A stretch of DNA of 64,000 nucleotides from Candidatus Pacebacteria bacterium CG_4_9_14_0_2_um_filter_40_15 (GTDB lineage: Bacteria > Patescibacteriota > Microgenomatia > UBA1400 > PJMF01), in assembly GCA_002788675.1 (NCBI GenBank), contig PFRS01000005.1:199767-263766 (forward strand). Direction: 5' to 3'. Below the pieces are notes generated by a model. The model was not told the DNA's origin. It did no database searches and saw only the letters and a list, made by a program, of their open reading frames with translations. The translations under genes and the position numbers were made by a program. Positions 8,322 to 18,728 of the stretch are shown piece after piece (position 1 is the stretch's first letter; every line of letters starts with the position of its first letter).

Positions 8322-9920
8322 ATGTCATTATTTAGCAACTTATCGACACTGTTCGGTACTGAAGTACCAAACAGAGAAACAAGAGCAAAAAATTCCAGCA
8401 ATGTATCACCTAAATCAGATGCAACAGGTAAAGAAAAAGTAAGAAACCGACCTAAACGAAGAAGACGCAAAAATCCAAATCGTAAACCAATAAGTGCTGT
8501 AGCGGTCACAAATCAAGAGGTTGTACGCGAAGCCACTGCCCGAGCTAGAGAGATTTTAGTAGAAGCAAAAGCTGAGGCACTCTCTATCCGAAGCAAAGCA
8601 GAAAAAGATGCTCAAGAAGACCTCAAAAAGGTTGAGCAGCAGCAACGTAGTTTAGATGACAAACTTAATAGAGTTGAACAAAAACTTACCATACTCGAAC
8701 AAAAAGAAGAAAATCTTTCAAACGAAAAGCAAAAACTAACTCAACGACAGCAAGACATCGAGGAACAGAAGAAAAAAGTCATTGCAGAACTTGAAGAAGT
8801 CTCAGGTCTTACCACTGAAGAAGCAAAAGATGTGCTCTTCTCACGACTAGAAGAGACTATGTCTCGTCAACTTTCTGTCTTTATACGCGAAAAAGAAGAA
8901 CAAGCTCATGCTGAAGCAGAAGAAAAAGTTCGTGACATCCTTGTAGACGCAATGAAACATGGTGCAACCGACGAGGTACCAGAATACACTGTTTCTGTTG
9001 TTGAATTACCAAATGAAGAAACAAAAGGAAAAATCATTGGTAAAGCAGGCAGAAATATTAATGCGTTTGAACGAAGAACTGGCGTTGACCTCGACTTAGA
9101 CATGTCACCAACTGAAGTTCGTTTGTCATGTTTTGACCCAGTCCGCAGAGAAGTCGCTCGCCGATCACTCGAAAAACTCATCAAAGATGGCCGAATTCAA
9201 CCAACTCGCATTGAAGAAGTCGTTGATAAAGTTGAAAAAGACCTAGATAAAGTGCTTCTCGAAGCTGGTAAAAAACTCTGTCAAGATGTTGGCGTGTATA
9301 ATCTCCCAGTAGAACTTATGAGACTCATCGGTAGATTTAAATATCGCTTCTCATACGGACAAAATTTAATTTCCCACACTTTAGAAGAGACAAAAATTGG
9401 TATTAAAATTGCTCATGAACTTGGTGTAGATGTAAACATTGTTAAAATGGGTTGTTTACTCCACGACATTGGAAAAGTTTCTGATGAAGTCGAAGGAAGT
9501 CACGTTGAACTTGGTATTACAATTGCCAAGAGATTCAACTTACCTAAACCTGTTATCGACTGTATCGCACAACACCATGAAGATGAGCCATTCTCTGGTC
9601 CAGAACAAATGGTTGTCTATATTGCTGATGCAATTTCGGGAGCTCGTCCTGGCGCACGCTACGAAAACTATGAAGGATACGTCAAACGTCTTCAACAGCT
9701 TGAAGAAATCGCTATGCAGTATCCTGAAGTACGCCAAGCATATGCTATTCAAGCTGGTCGCGAAGTACGTGTTCTGCTTGAACCTGAAAAAAGCAAAGAT
9801 AATGATGTTACCGTTTTAAGTGTCAAAATCCGCGATGAAATCAAAGAAAAAATGACGTATCCAGGAACTGTTACTGTGACTGTTATCCGCGAGCTTCGTG
9901 GGCAAAAGATAGCTAAATAA
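8322..9920 (+). CDS. rny: Ribonuclease Y (coiled-coil, KH and HD domains)
   Basis: KH signature KGKIIGKAGRNINAFERRTG. HD domain HTLEETKIGIKIAHELG...CLLHDIGK. Start chosen at ATG 8322 (SD AAAGGAGA 6 nt upstream) rather than the in-frame 8289. There is no N-terminal TM helix, unlike Firmicute RNase Y. Confidence 0.9.
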   Translation: MSLFSNLSTLFGTEVPNRETRAKNSSNVSPKSDATGKEKVRNRPKRRRRKNPNRKPISAVAVTNQEVVREATARAREILVEAKAEALSIRSKAEKDAQEDLKKVEQQQRSLDDKLNRVEQKLTILEQKEENLSNEKQKLTQRQQDIEEQKKKVIAELEEVSGLTTEEAKDVLFSRLEETMSRQLSVFIREKEEQAHAEAEEKVRDILVDAMKHGATDEVPEYTVSVVELPNEETKGKIIGKAGRNINAFERRTGVDLDLDMSPTEVRLSCFDPVRREVARRSLEKLIKDGRIQPTRIEEVVDKVEKDLDKVLLEAGKKLCQDVGVYNLPVELMRLIGRFKYRFSYGQNLISHTLEETKIGIKIAHELGVDVNIVKMGCLLHDIGKVSDEVEGSHVELGITIAKRFNLPKPVIDCIAQHHEDEPFSGPEQMVVYIADAISGARPGARYENYEGYVKRLQQLEEIAMQYPEVRQAYAIQAGREVRVLLEPEKSKDNDVTVLSVKIRDEIKEKMTYPGTVTVTVIRELRGQKIAK

Positions 9921-9944
9921 TGGTATCATTACGATAAGGAAACT

Positions 9945-10160
9945 ATGCAAACAGGACTTCTCATCTTACAAATAGTCTTTTCGATTGGTATCGTCATAGC
10001 AGTGCTCCTTCAGCCTGAAGGAACTGGTCTCGGTTCTACTTGGGGTGGCGGTGGCGATAGCTATCACACTAAACGTGGCGTCGAAAAAGTACTGTTTTAT
10101 GCAACGATACTTATGATTGTTCTGTTCACACTAACAAGCATTCTACAGTTACTGGCATAA
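9945..10160 (+). CDS. secG: Preprotein translocase subunit SecG
   Basis: 71 aa with two TM segments and the Gly-rich loop LLQPEGTGLGSTWGGGGDS that is typical of SecG. Confidence 0.7.
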   Translation: MQTGLLILQIVFSIGIVIAVLLQPEGTGLGSTWGGGGDSYHTKRGVEKVLFYATILMIVLFTLTSILQLLA

Positions 10161-10170
10161 AAACAGCACT

Positions 10171-11583
10171 ATGCGAAAGTTCTATTGGTATTTAACTGCC
10201 TATATCAGAAAACATGGCCTTGTTGTTATTGGTTCTGTTGTTGCTGCGATACTCGTCTTTTCATTCACCATTCCAACAGTCGTAACTAAACTCGAAAAAA
10301 GCTCCTACAAATACGTAGGCGTAATTGGTGAGTATTCACTTACCACCTTACCACCATCAATAACATCAAAACTGAGTGCAGGTCTGACTCAGATTTCTGA
10401 AGATGGTACCACCGAGCCCGCTCTGGCTAAACGTTGGACCGTTGAGAACGACGGAATTACCTATCGCTTTGTCATTAAAGAAGGTATCTTCTGGCAAGAT
10501 GGAAAAGAACTTACCCCCGAAGATATCACCTACAATCTCCCCAATGTTGAGACCATAGTCACCCCAAACGATATTGTTTTCAAACTACCTGACCCCTACG
10601 CTCCATTCCCAACTGTGGTAACAGCGCCTCTGTTTAAAATTGAAAATGAAAAATACCATTTTTTCTTCACACGACCAAAACTTGTTGGCATTGGAAAATA
10701 CCACGTTGCTGACTACACCACTACGGGAAATCCCACAGCCTCACTCACGGAACTCGTTATTGATAGCCCTGATGAACGATTAGTGTATAGATTCTACCCA
10801 ACTGAAGACGCAGCTATAACTGCCTTTAAACACGGTAAGATTGATAAGATTGAAGACCTAAGTAAGCCATATGATATTTTTGACTGGGACACGTTGTCAG
10901 TCGACACAAACCTTGATCAAAATAACTATCTGGCAATCTTCTTTAATATTAGGGAGCCAATTTTTGACAAAAATGTCCGCCAAGCACTTTCATATGCACT
11001 AGCAAAACCTGATCCTGCAGTCAGAGCAATTGGACCGATTAGCGCAAACTCATGGGCGCATTTTTCTGGCGGTAAAACATACGAGAAGGATATTGATCGT
11101 GCGACCGAACGACTCCTTGATGCAATCCCTCCATTTCCACTTGAAATGAACCTCACAACAACAGCCCTCTATCAAGATGAGGCTGAGCAAATTAAAAAAG
11201 AATGGGAAGAATTTGGAGCTCATGCTTATGAGTCATGCAGAGCATTAGATGCTATAACTGACAAAGCAGAATGTGAAAAAGTGAAGATAGTTGTTACCAT
11301 AACTATTACAAACTTTCCTGACCTTTCAAATTTTCAACTCCTCCTTATTGGCCAAGAAAATCCTCCTGATCCAGACCAATATGCACTTTGGCACTCAGAT
11401 GAGGATACCAACTTTACTGGATACACCAATACTCGTATCGACAGCCTCTTAGAAAAGGGTCGTCAAACATTTGATATCAAGGAACGAACTGAAATTTATC
11501 AAGAGTTTCAACAGTTCTTTATTGAAGATGCTCCGGCAATTTTTCTGCGCTACCTCACACGGTATTCAGTCACAAGAAAATAA
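10171..11583 (+). CDS. Extracellular solute-binding protein, family 5 (Opp/Dpp-like), orphan with N-terminal membrane anchor
   Basis: ALAKRWTVENDGITYRFVIKEGIFWQDGKELTPEDITYNL matches the SBP_bac_5 N-lobe signature. No cognate permease or ATPase is adjacent. Confidence 0.55.
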   Translation: MRKFYWYLTAYIRKHGLVVIGSVVAAILVFSFTIPTVVTKLEKSSYKYVGVIGEYSLTTLPPSITSKLSAGLTQISEDGTTEPALAKRWTVENDGITYRFVIKEGIFWQDGKELTPEDITYNLPNVETIVTPNDIVFKLPDPYAPFPTVVTAPLFKIENEKYHFFFTRPKLVGIGKYHVADYTTTGNPTASLTELVIDSPDERLVYRFYPTEDAAITAFKHGKIDKIEDLSKPYDIFDWDTLSVDTNLDQNNYLAIFFNIREPIFDKNVRQALSYALAKPDPAVRAIGPISANSWAHFSGGKTYEKDIDRATERLLDAIPPFPLEMNLTTTALYQDEAEQIKKEWEEFGAHAYESCRALDAITDKAECEKVKIVVTITITNFPDLSNFQLLLIGQENPPDPDQYALWHSDEDTNFTGYTNTRIDSLLEKGRQTFDIKERTEIYQEFQQFFIEDAPAIFLRYLTRYSVTRK

Positions 11584-11606
11584 ATGTATCAAGCCAGAGA
11601 CTAAAA

Positions 11607-12632
11607 CTACAGTCTTCGGTATTTTTTACGGAGTAATTCAAATAGATAGGTTGCCCAATACTTCCAAGAAAGCGGAATATCCTGAGCAACTAAATAGGGT
11701 ACTTCGTCTCCACCAAAGCCTCGCTTGAACAGTGAAACCCCTGCAAAACGGTGTTCTGTTTCCTCTTTTGGGGCAATCCCCCAGAAGTTGTAACGACTAC
11801 ATCCACGTGCCTTTGCTTCAGCAATTGCTCTCCACTGACAAGCATAACTCCCGGGTAATTTTGCATTTCCCTCAGTTGAAACACCATAGTGGTACACTGC
11901 TTCACCGTTATAAAAAATGATAAATGCAGATGCTAATAATTCGTGTTGGTCAGAATAAGAATGCACGAGGGCAACTTGATCCGCAGCAACAAATACGTCA
12001 AACTGTGCTTCTAGAAATTCGTAGGAAAAGGGAATAAAGCCTTGTCTCTCTGCAACTTTTTTCTCCTCCTCATAAAACGCAAGTATATCTTTGGAATCTG
12101 TCGAAATTGTTGTTGTGATACCAAGTTTCTCAGACTTTCTAATTGAGGAACGGGTGTTCTTACGCATAGCAGCAAGAAGTTCTTCATCGGAAAGTGACAA
12201 ATCGAGCTGTAACGTGAGATCAGCTGTTACATGCATTGGTGCAACTAATGCTTTAATCGAAGTCAGCAGTTTTGGTGAAACTTTTTCACCAATAACTTGT
12301 GGTCTAAATCTAATAAAGACACAACCTTGATTAGTCGCTGTTTTGTAGATCTCAGCAAATAGACGTTCAACGAGCGAACTACTTTTCCAATCAACCAAAG
12401 GACCACCTGCAATAGCCATGTAGGTTCCTCTCTTCGCCGTTTCTATGATCATGCTTACTTGAGCAATAACAACGTTTTGGGAAATCGCTTGAAGACGTAA
12501 AACTTTTTTACCTATCCGTTCATTAAAAACACCCCAGTTATATGACTGAAGGAAATTAGCTTCAGGAAATTGTGCGATGCCAGATTCCCATTCTGTTTGG
12601 GTCGGCGCCCAATTAAAATCTATGCTCGTCAT
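11607..12632 (-). CDS. FemAB-family aminoacyl-tRNA-dependent peptidoglycan peptide-bridge transferase (FemX-like)
   Basis: 341 aa. The N-terminus FPEANFLQSYNWGVFNERIGKKV and the overall length/composition are typical of the FemABX (GNAT-like tandem) family. Moderate support. Confidence 0.55.
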   Translation of the reverse strand: MTSIDFNWAPTQTEWESGIAQFPEANFLQSYNWGVFNERIGKKVLRLQAISQNVVIAQVSMIIETAKRGTYMAIAGGPLVDWKSSSLVERLFAEIYKTATNQGCVFIRFRPQVIGEKVSPKLLTSIKALVAPMHVTADLTLQLDLSLSDEELLAAMRKNTRSSIRKSEKLGITTTISTDSKDILAFYEEEKKVAERQGFIPFSYEFLEAQFDVFVAADQVALVHSYSDQHELLASAFIIFYNGEAVYHYGVSTEGNAKLPGSYACQWRAIAEAKARGCSRYNFWGIAPKEETEHRFAGVSLFKRGFGGDEVPYLVAQDIPLSWKYWATYLFELLRKKYRRL

Positions 12633-13882
12633 ACATGTGCTGCCTTAATACTTGCAATAATTCTCTCGGCATCTCCACTTTCGATATTTAAATGCGTTGG
12701 TAAAGTAATAATGTGCGCTGCAAGTTTTTCCGCATTTGCTGCTGAACCGTGTGTGTACATTGAATTACACTTAAGCGTGCTGCAATCAACTGCTTTTCTA
12801 TACCATCGATCTGAAATAAATATGTTTTTGCGTTTAAGCATTTTAGCAATTGTATCTGGATTACGTACGAGTATTGGATAGCGGAGTAATGATCCACTCA
12901 TTAGTTCATCTTCTGACAGAGTAGCTGCTGAGCCGCCAAAAGCTTTGTGATATATCTGAGCAATCTCTTCCCGGTGAGCTAACTGAGTATCCACATGTTC
13001 AAGTCGATATACAATTAATGGTACAAAAGAATGTGGTAAAAGTGATGCTTTTGTTGTAGCAACAAACAATGGAGACTGGATTAAGCCTATTTTTTTTCCA
13101 ACAAAAGCCAAAAATTTTCCCAGTGTTAGCACGCTAAATCCCCAACTAAATGTAGTGCGAATAATCCAAGTCAATACAGGATACAAATGCTCTCTAATAA
13201 TTGCGCTTTGTCCAGCAGAGACTTGTAACGTAGCGTACCACTGTGCAACGTGTTTTTTTTGCTCGTGCGTGTAGGTCCTAACACAACAAGCACCTCCAGT
13301 CACGGCATCGAGAATTTTATCTCTACCAAACGAAAAGATCGTTGCATCACCAATGGTACCAACGGGATCTCCTTTTTCGGTAACAGCCCCATATCCTTGA
13401 GCTAGATCTTCGATTAAAACCAGCTTTTGTTTCTTACACCATAGAGCAATTTTTTGTATGTCAGGAACTGAACCTAATGAATACTGAACGAGTACTGCTT
13501 TGACGGGAACAGCACTTGTCTTAAATGCAACTTGCACAGTTTCTAGACTAAGATTAGCAGAAGAGTCTGCAATATCTGCATACACAGGTGTAGCTCCAGT
13601 ACGCGAAATTCCTTCTTCGACAGCAAAACAACTAAATGCTTGGGTGATCACACCATCACCTCGACCAATTGAAAATGCTTTTAGCGCACACTCGATTGCA
13701 TCACGTCCTTTATAAAAAAAGTAAGTATCTCCTTTGAACGTACTGTCAAAATACACTTTTAGTTGCGAAAATTGCTGTGAGAGATAACTCTGACTCAGAC
13801 GTGCCTGAACAAGGCCTTGAAAACTAATCAGACTATCTGTAAAAGTGTAGTTTGATCCAAGACTACTAAAAATTGGCTTCAT
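12629..13882 (-). CDS. DegT/DnrJ/EryC1/StrS-family PLP-dependent aminotransferase (sugar aminotransferase-like)
   Basis: DGVITQAFSCFAVEEGISRTGATPVYADI; KAVLVQYSLGSVPDIQKIALWCKKQKLVLIEDLAQGYGA; GDATIFSFGRDKIL (lysine of the SF..K motif). Confidence 0.6.
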   Translation of the reverse strand: MKPIFSSLGSNYTFTDSLISFQGLVQARLSQSYLSQQFSQLKVYFDSTFKGDTYFFYKGRDAIECALKAFSIGRGDGVITQAFSCFAVEEGISRTGATPVYADIADSSANLSLETVQVAFKTSAVPVKAVLVQYSLGSVPDIQKIALWCKKQKLVLIEDLAQGYGAVTEKGDPVGTIGDATIFSFGRDKILDAVTGGACCVRTYTHEQKKHVAQWYATLQVSAGQSAIIREHLYPVLTWIIRTTFSWGFSVLTLGKFLAFVGKKIGLIQSPLFVATTKASLLPHSFVPLIVYRLEHVDTQLAHREEIAQIYHKAFGGSAATLSEDELMSGSLLRYPILVRNPDTIAKMLKRKNIFISDRWYRKAVDCSTLKCNSMYTHGSAANAEKLAAHIITLPTHLNIESGDAERIIASIKAAHV

Positions 13883-13912
13883 ATTGATTTCATGTTTCAG
13901 TGATGTACTACG

Positions 13913-15385
13913 TTATTCTTTTGTTTCTTGCAAAGAATTTTGTATCCACGCTGGCATACGACCCTCTACAAGAACTATACCACTCTGGTTTTTGCTCTGC
14001 AGGAGTGAAAGTATCTCAGCTTGATCTGTCTTCATTTTAGTTCCAAGAATTGATTGCATAGTTGTTTTACCAGTTTCACCTACATACCACACCTGATCCG
14101 CTACTGTATTTAGGCGTTCTGCCAAACGTTGATGTATTTCATCTGAAGAAGTTCCTAAATCCACAATTCCTGGTGTAATAACGACCTTTTGTTTTGCAGG
14201 TAGTGTTGCCAAAAGTTCAAGCGCTTCTGTAAATCCTTTTGGATTACTACTTCCTCCATCATCAAAAATAATTCTACCAGAGCTATGTGCGTTGGAGGTA
14301 ATAAAGCTTTCAGTGGGTTGAAATGATCTAACTGCCTGTACAAGCTCGCTTTCATCAAGATACAGAGCAGCCACAGTCCAAGCCAAAGCAATATTTTGTA
14401 TGTATTGTTTACCAATAATGCGCGTGTTGATGACTTGTGTTTTATACTTAAATGACAAGTGCCCAGCTTCTGTGATATGCACATCTGAAAAAAGATCATG
14501 CCAGTTGATGACAGTATGCATAACACTTTGTGAGCTCTGTCCCCTACGAGCAATTTCTTGTGTTTCTTCACTTGAACCATTACTAAAAACTTTTTCTCCA
14601 GGTTGCAGAGCTGCTACCAATTCTGCTTTTGCAGAAATAATGTTATCTTCAGATCCAAAGAGACCTAAATGTTGTGGTGCAAACCCAGTAATTATCGCCA
14701 AGTTAGGGTGAATATATTTTGTTATCCGAGCAATTTCTCCAGGTACATAGGCAGCATACTCTATAACGGCAAATTTTTGGTTTGTGTACCCTCTTAAAAT
14801 ACTTTTTACAATTGAAAATAGAGTGTTGTATGATTTTGGCGTAGCAAATACCGTACTGTTTTGTGAAAGTAGATGACTTAATAGTGCCTTAGTACTGGAT
14901 TTCCCATAACTGCCAGTGATCCCAATCACAATAGGTTTGTGTAACATCATAAGTCGTTGTGCTTTTAGAGCCGTAATTCTAACTACGATACTTGAAATTA
15001 CTGACGTTGGTGCTGAAGCGATCAGGATAATTGCTGGAGCGCCAATGTACAAGATGAGTATCGCACTCAAAACAGCAGAAATACTTGCTGGATTTTGAAA
15101 ATCTACAATCCTTAGAGCACCTAGTAAAATTGAGAGAATTAGTAAAAAAGCTAATACCATAACCACGATTATTCGACTGGTAAGTTTAGGCCGCTTACAC
15201 CCTGCTCGAGTTAGATCGGATCGTTGTGGGATCAATCGCAAAAGTTCTTGTCTTCCTTCTGAAGAGCGTAGAAAGAGGTGCAACCGATCTAATCGGTATT
15301 CTTTCTGTTGTAAAAAAGCAAACCAACGAAGATACCGCACACAAATCCCACTTGTTAACAGTATGAGTAAGAGAAGTGTCTTCAT
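13913..15385 (-). CDS. Mur ligase family protein (MurF-like) with atypical N-terminal ~150-aa multi-TM region
   Basis: P-loop IVIGITGSYGKSSTKALLSHLL. C-terminal IFDDGGSSNP resembles the MurF DDSYNANP motif. The N-terminus carries 3-4 hydrophobic helices instead of the usual soluble domain 1. Confidence 0.6.
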   Translation of the reverse strand: MKTLLLLILLTSGICVRYLRWFAFLQQKEYRLDRLHLFLRSSEGRQELLRLIPQRSDLTRAGCKRPKLTSRIIVVMVLAFLLILSILLGALRIVDFQNPASISAVLSAILILYIGAPAIILIASAPTSVISSIVVRITALKAQRLMMLHKPIVIGITGSYGKSSTKALLSHLLSQNSTVFATPKSYNTLFSIVKSILRGYTNQKFAVIEYAAYVPGEIARITKYIHPNLAIITGFAPQHLGLFGSEDNIISAKAELVAALQPGEKVFSNGSSEETQEIARRGQSSQSVMHTVINWHDLFSDVHITEAGHLSFKYKTQVINTRIIGKQYIQNIALAWTVAALYLDESELVQAVRSFQPTESFITSNAHSSGRIIFDDGGSSNPKGFTEALELLATLPAKQKVVITPGIVDLGTSSDEIHQRLAERLNTVADQVWYVGETGKTTMQSILGTKMKTDQAEILSLLQSKNQSGIVLVEGRMPAWIQNSLQETKE

Positions 15386-15394
15386 GAAAGATGG

Positions 15395-16102
15395 TTACTT
15401 TCCAGTAATAAATTCTGCAACACAATCTGCCGTTTGTTCCGGATGAGTAAACTGTGGAGCATGTCGAGCCGAGTTGATAGTACACACCTCTGCTGTTGGT
15501 AGCGCTGCTAAAAATACCTCTACATTTGCATATGGCGTGCTTGTATCAAGCACTCCCCAAACCAACTGCACCGGACAGGTAATGTTTGAAATATCATCTC
15601 TAATTTCATCTGCAGTTATTAACTGCATCGTTTTCTTCATAACTGGACTTGCTTGTTCATAGTCATGTTCTCGAGCAATCTTATATAAAAATGTGCGCAT
15701 TGCAGGTTGTGTAGAAAGTCGCTTACCAACTTTTGCTAGTACGAAGAATACATTTCGCTTTAGTGCAGCTTTAAATGAATGATCGCGTATCCCAGCACTG
15801 GCAATAAGCACCAATTTCGCAATTTTTTGTGGATGAAGCGCCGAGTACCTAACTGCTAATTGTCCACCAAATGAATGTCCAATAAGGATGCATGACTTCT
15901 TTTGGGATAACTCTTGGTCAAGCCATGTAACATAGTCAGAAAGTGACCAAGGCTTAGTAAGCTCAGAATCCATACCAGGAATAGATAAAAATGTAGATGA
16001 AATCCCCATATTTGCTAATAAGTCCATAAAAGGTTGCCATTTAGCCTTATTTTGCCCACTTATTGCCCAGCCATGCAATATAACTACTTCGAGTTTCTTC
16101 AT
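15395..16102 (-). CDS. Alpha/beta-hydrolase fold protein
   Basis: Nucleophile elbow GHSFGG and the HGW N-terminal strand. The start is probably MKKLEVVILHGW. Confidence 0.6.
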   Translation of the reverse strand: MKKLEVVILHGWAISGQNKAKWQPFMDLLANMGISSTFLSIPGMDSELTKPWSLSDYVTWLDQELSQKKSCILIGHSFGGQLAVRYSALHPQKIAKLVLIASAGIRDHSFKAALKRNVFFVLAKVGKRLSTQPAMRTFLYKIAREHDYEQASPVMKKTMQLITADEIRDDISNITCPVQLVWGVLDTSTPYANVEVFLAALPTAEVCTINSARHAPQFTHPEQTADCVAEFITGK

Positions 16103-16243
16103 ATATAGTGTATTGTAACAGGTGCTAATTAAAGATTGCCAATTCAAACTAGATCATTATACTAAGGAGAAGGCTTCTGTTGTGCCAGCGTTCATTTGCA
16201 AAACAACGATATACACTTTATTTGATTACACAGAAAGTACTGT

Positions 16244-16978
16244 ATGAACTCAAAAACACTCGCTCTACTAGGATTAGTAATTGCTACTGTTGGACTTGTT
16301 GGTTGCACGGGACCAGCTCCGAAAGATAGCGAGGTCCTTCAATTAGAAAAAAAATCAGCTGAAACCACTACACAAGATGAAATGAACGGTGTAGAGACAA
16401 CTCTTTCAGATATTGAAGTTAATCTAGATGGTAAACCATCTGATAGTACAAATAAACAAACAACAGGAGAATCACCTATGATGGGCGAAACTGAAAAAAC
16501 ATTGGCCGATTTTAAAAAAATTGAAGCCAAGCAAGTAACAATACATACTTCAAAGGGTGATATCACTTTCGATATCTTTACCGACAAGGTCCCACTCACT
16601 GCACAAAACTTCTTAAACCTTGCTACCGATGGTTTCTATGATGGCATGGTCTTCCACCGAGTCATTGAAAATTTCATGGCCCAGGTTGGTGATCCGCTTA
16701 GTAAGGATCCAAGTAAAAAAGCCATGTGGGGAACAGGTGGTCCAGGATACGTTATTGCTGACGAATTTGTTCCAGAGCTAAAACATGATACTGCCGGCAC
16801 TGTTTCAATGGCAAATAAAGGAACACCTACCACAGGTGGCAGTCAATTCTTTATTACCTTTGAACCAACTCCTTGGCTTGACGGTCAACATACAGTGTTT
16901 GGTAAAGTCACAGAAGGACTTGATGTCCTCATGACTATCACACAAGGAGATACCATCTCCTCCGTTTCAATGAAGTAA
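16244..16978 (+). CDS. Cyclophilin-type peptidyl-prolyl cis-trans isomerase, lipoprotein
   Basis: Lipobox LVGC. Cyclophilin core [15 protein letters not shown]...GTGGPGY...GTVSMAN..GSQFFIT. Confidence 0.85.
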   Translation: MNSKTLALLGLVIATVGLVGCTGPAPKDSEVLQLEKKSAETTTQDEMNGVETTLSDIEVNLDGKPSDSTNKQTTGESPMMGETEKTLADFKKIEAKQVTIHTSKGDITFDIFTDKVPLTAQNFLNLATDGFYDGMVFHRVIENFMAQVGDPLSKDPSKKAMWGTGGPGYVIADEFVPELKHDTAGTVSMANKGTPTTGGSQFFITFEPTPWLDGQHTVFGKVTEGLDVLMTITQGDTISSVSMK

Positions 16979-17021
16979 GAACGATAGTTCACATCTGAAT
17001 CATACTTTAGTAGAAAGTAAC

Positions 17022-18728
17022 ATGAAGAAAAAACGAGGATCGCATTCCAAACTTATTTTGGGAATTGTGTTAGTCCTTGTCTGCACCTTTGCTTGGATAC
17101 TTTTTAGTGCTTACTCAGCAAAACAGCTTATTGCTGCACTACGTGCACAAGATAGTGCGGCTGTGGCAAGCCACAGCCGCACCCTCAAACTTTCATCACA
17201 CACTCTTTCCATTCTGTCATTTCACAAACTCCCAACAATAGAAACTATTGATGGCATTTTGAGTATTGCCTCTAAAGCTCAACAAGCCACAGATGCAATC
17301 AAAGCAGTACAACAGTCTGCCAGTACCGAGTCGATTGACCTTACTGAGCTGTTATCGCTTGCTGTTTCTGTAGAAGACGACAGTATTCAAATTGAAAAAA
17401 ACCTACCAAACTGTAAGCTCTGTGCTCGAATTATTCCAGAAAATACTCAGAATGATGTCACGAGAGTTCTGCATACTACGCAACTCGCAGGAAATGTTGC
17501 GTCAAGTTTACAACATGGCACACATCGTTTTCTCATTCTCTTTCAAAATTCTGACGAACTACGAGCAACAGGGGGGTTCACCGGTTCTTATGCGGTCATT
17601 ACACTCATAGATGGTGTGATCCAACCTATTTCAATTGCAGATATTTATGATGCAGACGGTCAGTTTACGGGTGAGATTCCAGCCCCAAGCGGAGTGAAAG
17701 AATACTTAAGTTCAGACAGGGGACTGAGACTACCTGATGCTAACTGGGCCCCTAACTTCCCTACCAGCGCCAAACAAATCTTACAGTTTTTTGCATTAGG
17801 TGATCAAAATACATTTGATGGTGTGGTGGCAATAACAGATAGTTACTTTGAAGACCTATTAACTGTACTTGGACCAATTTGGCTACCTGATTATCAACTT
17901 ACCGTAACACCTGAAAACTTAACCTCGGTCCTAAGAAGTAATCGAGAAGACTTTTTTGCTGGTAGCATTCAGAAAAAACATCTCTTGGGACAGTTTCAGA
18001 ACCAAGTGCTCATAGCTGCTACCGATCCAGATGTTGATCCAACTGCAATACTCGCTTTGACGATCCAAAATATGCAAGCTAAAAATATTCAAGCATACTC
18101 ATCACTGGAACCACTCCAAGAGATTTTTTCAGCATTAGAGATCGATGGAAAAATGTTTACTCAGGAAGCAACCTCTTCGCTTGCCTTTGTTGAGTCCAAT
18201 GTCGGCATAAATAAAGCAAATAAACATATTGCTCGAGCCATTTCTTTGCAGAACTCAGGATCAACACTGACAGCACGTTACTTTATCGAGAACACAAACG
18301 AACCTCCGGGCAAAACACAACTACAAAACTTAGTTGATATGCCAGAAAAAGTCAGAACTGCCAGCGATGAAGCACAGCATCTTGCCTATGTTAACTACCA
18401 GCGTGTGGTATATCCAAGTTCATGGAAAATATCAAACATCGATATTCCAGGATCTGGCACACCCCAGCTACACTCAAACAATCAGTCACTTTCACCTAGT
18501 ATTGAAGTAACAGAAACTGGATTTCTTGTAGTCGTTCCAGAAAAAAACTCAACTATTGTCACCATTACATTTGATACCCGTACACCTCTCACAAACAGTA
18601 CACTTGAACTCTATAAACAGCCAGGAACAGAGCCTGTCCCTGTATGGATTGAACCACTCGGGACGACCCCCTTCAGCACCAAACCGACTCTGATACTCGA
18701 GAAAAATCATGTTACAATCATGCCATGA
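17022..18728 (+). CDS. Hypothetical protein with N-terminal TM anchor and large extracytoplasmic domain
   Basis: 568 aa with a single N-terminal helix. It resembles the anchored secreted proteins common in Patescibacteria. No catalytic motif was recognised. Confidence 0.55.
   Translation: MKKKRGSHSKLILGIVLVLVCTFAWILFSAYSAKQLIAALRAQDSAAVASHSRTLKLSSHTLSILSFHKLPTIETIDGILSIASKAQQATDAIKAVQQSASTESIDLTELLSLAVSVEDDSIQIEKNLPNCKLCARIIPENTQNDVTRVLHTTQLAGNVASSLQHGTHRFLILFQNSDELRATGGFTGSYAVITLIDGVIQPISIADIYDADGQFTGEIPAPSGVKEYLSSDRGLRLPDANWAPNFPTSAKQILQFFALGDQNTFDGVVAITDSYFEDLLTVLGPIWLPDYQLTVTPENLTSVLRSNREDFFAGSIQKKHLLGQFQNQVLIAATDPDVDPTAILALTIQNMQAKNIQAYSSLEPLQEIFSALEIDGKMFTQEATSSLAFVESNVGINKANKHIARAISLQNSGSTLTARYFIENTNEPPGKTQLQNLVDMPEKVRTASDEAQHLAYVNYQRVVYPSSWKISNIDIPGSGTPQLHSNNQSLSPSIEVTETGFLVVVPEKNSTIVTITFDTRTPLTNSTLELYKQPGTEPVPVWIEPLGTTPFSTKPTLILEKNHVTIMP

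Noticed and set aside
14155-14580. 141-aa minus-strand ORF inside the Mur-ligase gene
   Set aside because: It is an alternative frame of a well-supported longer CDS.
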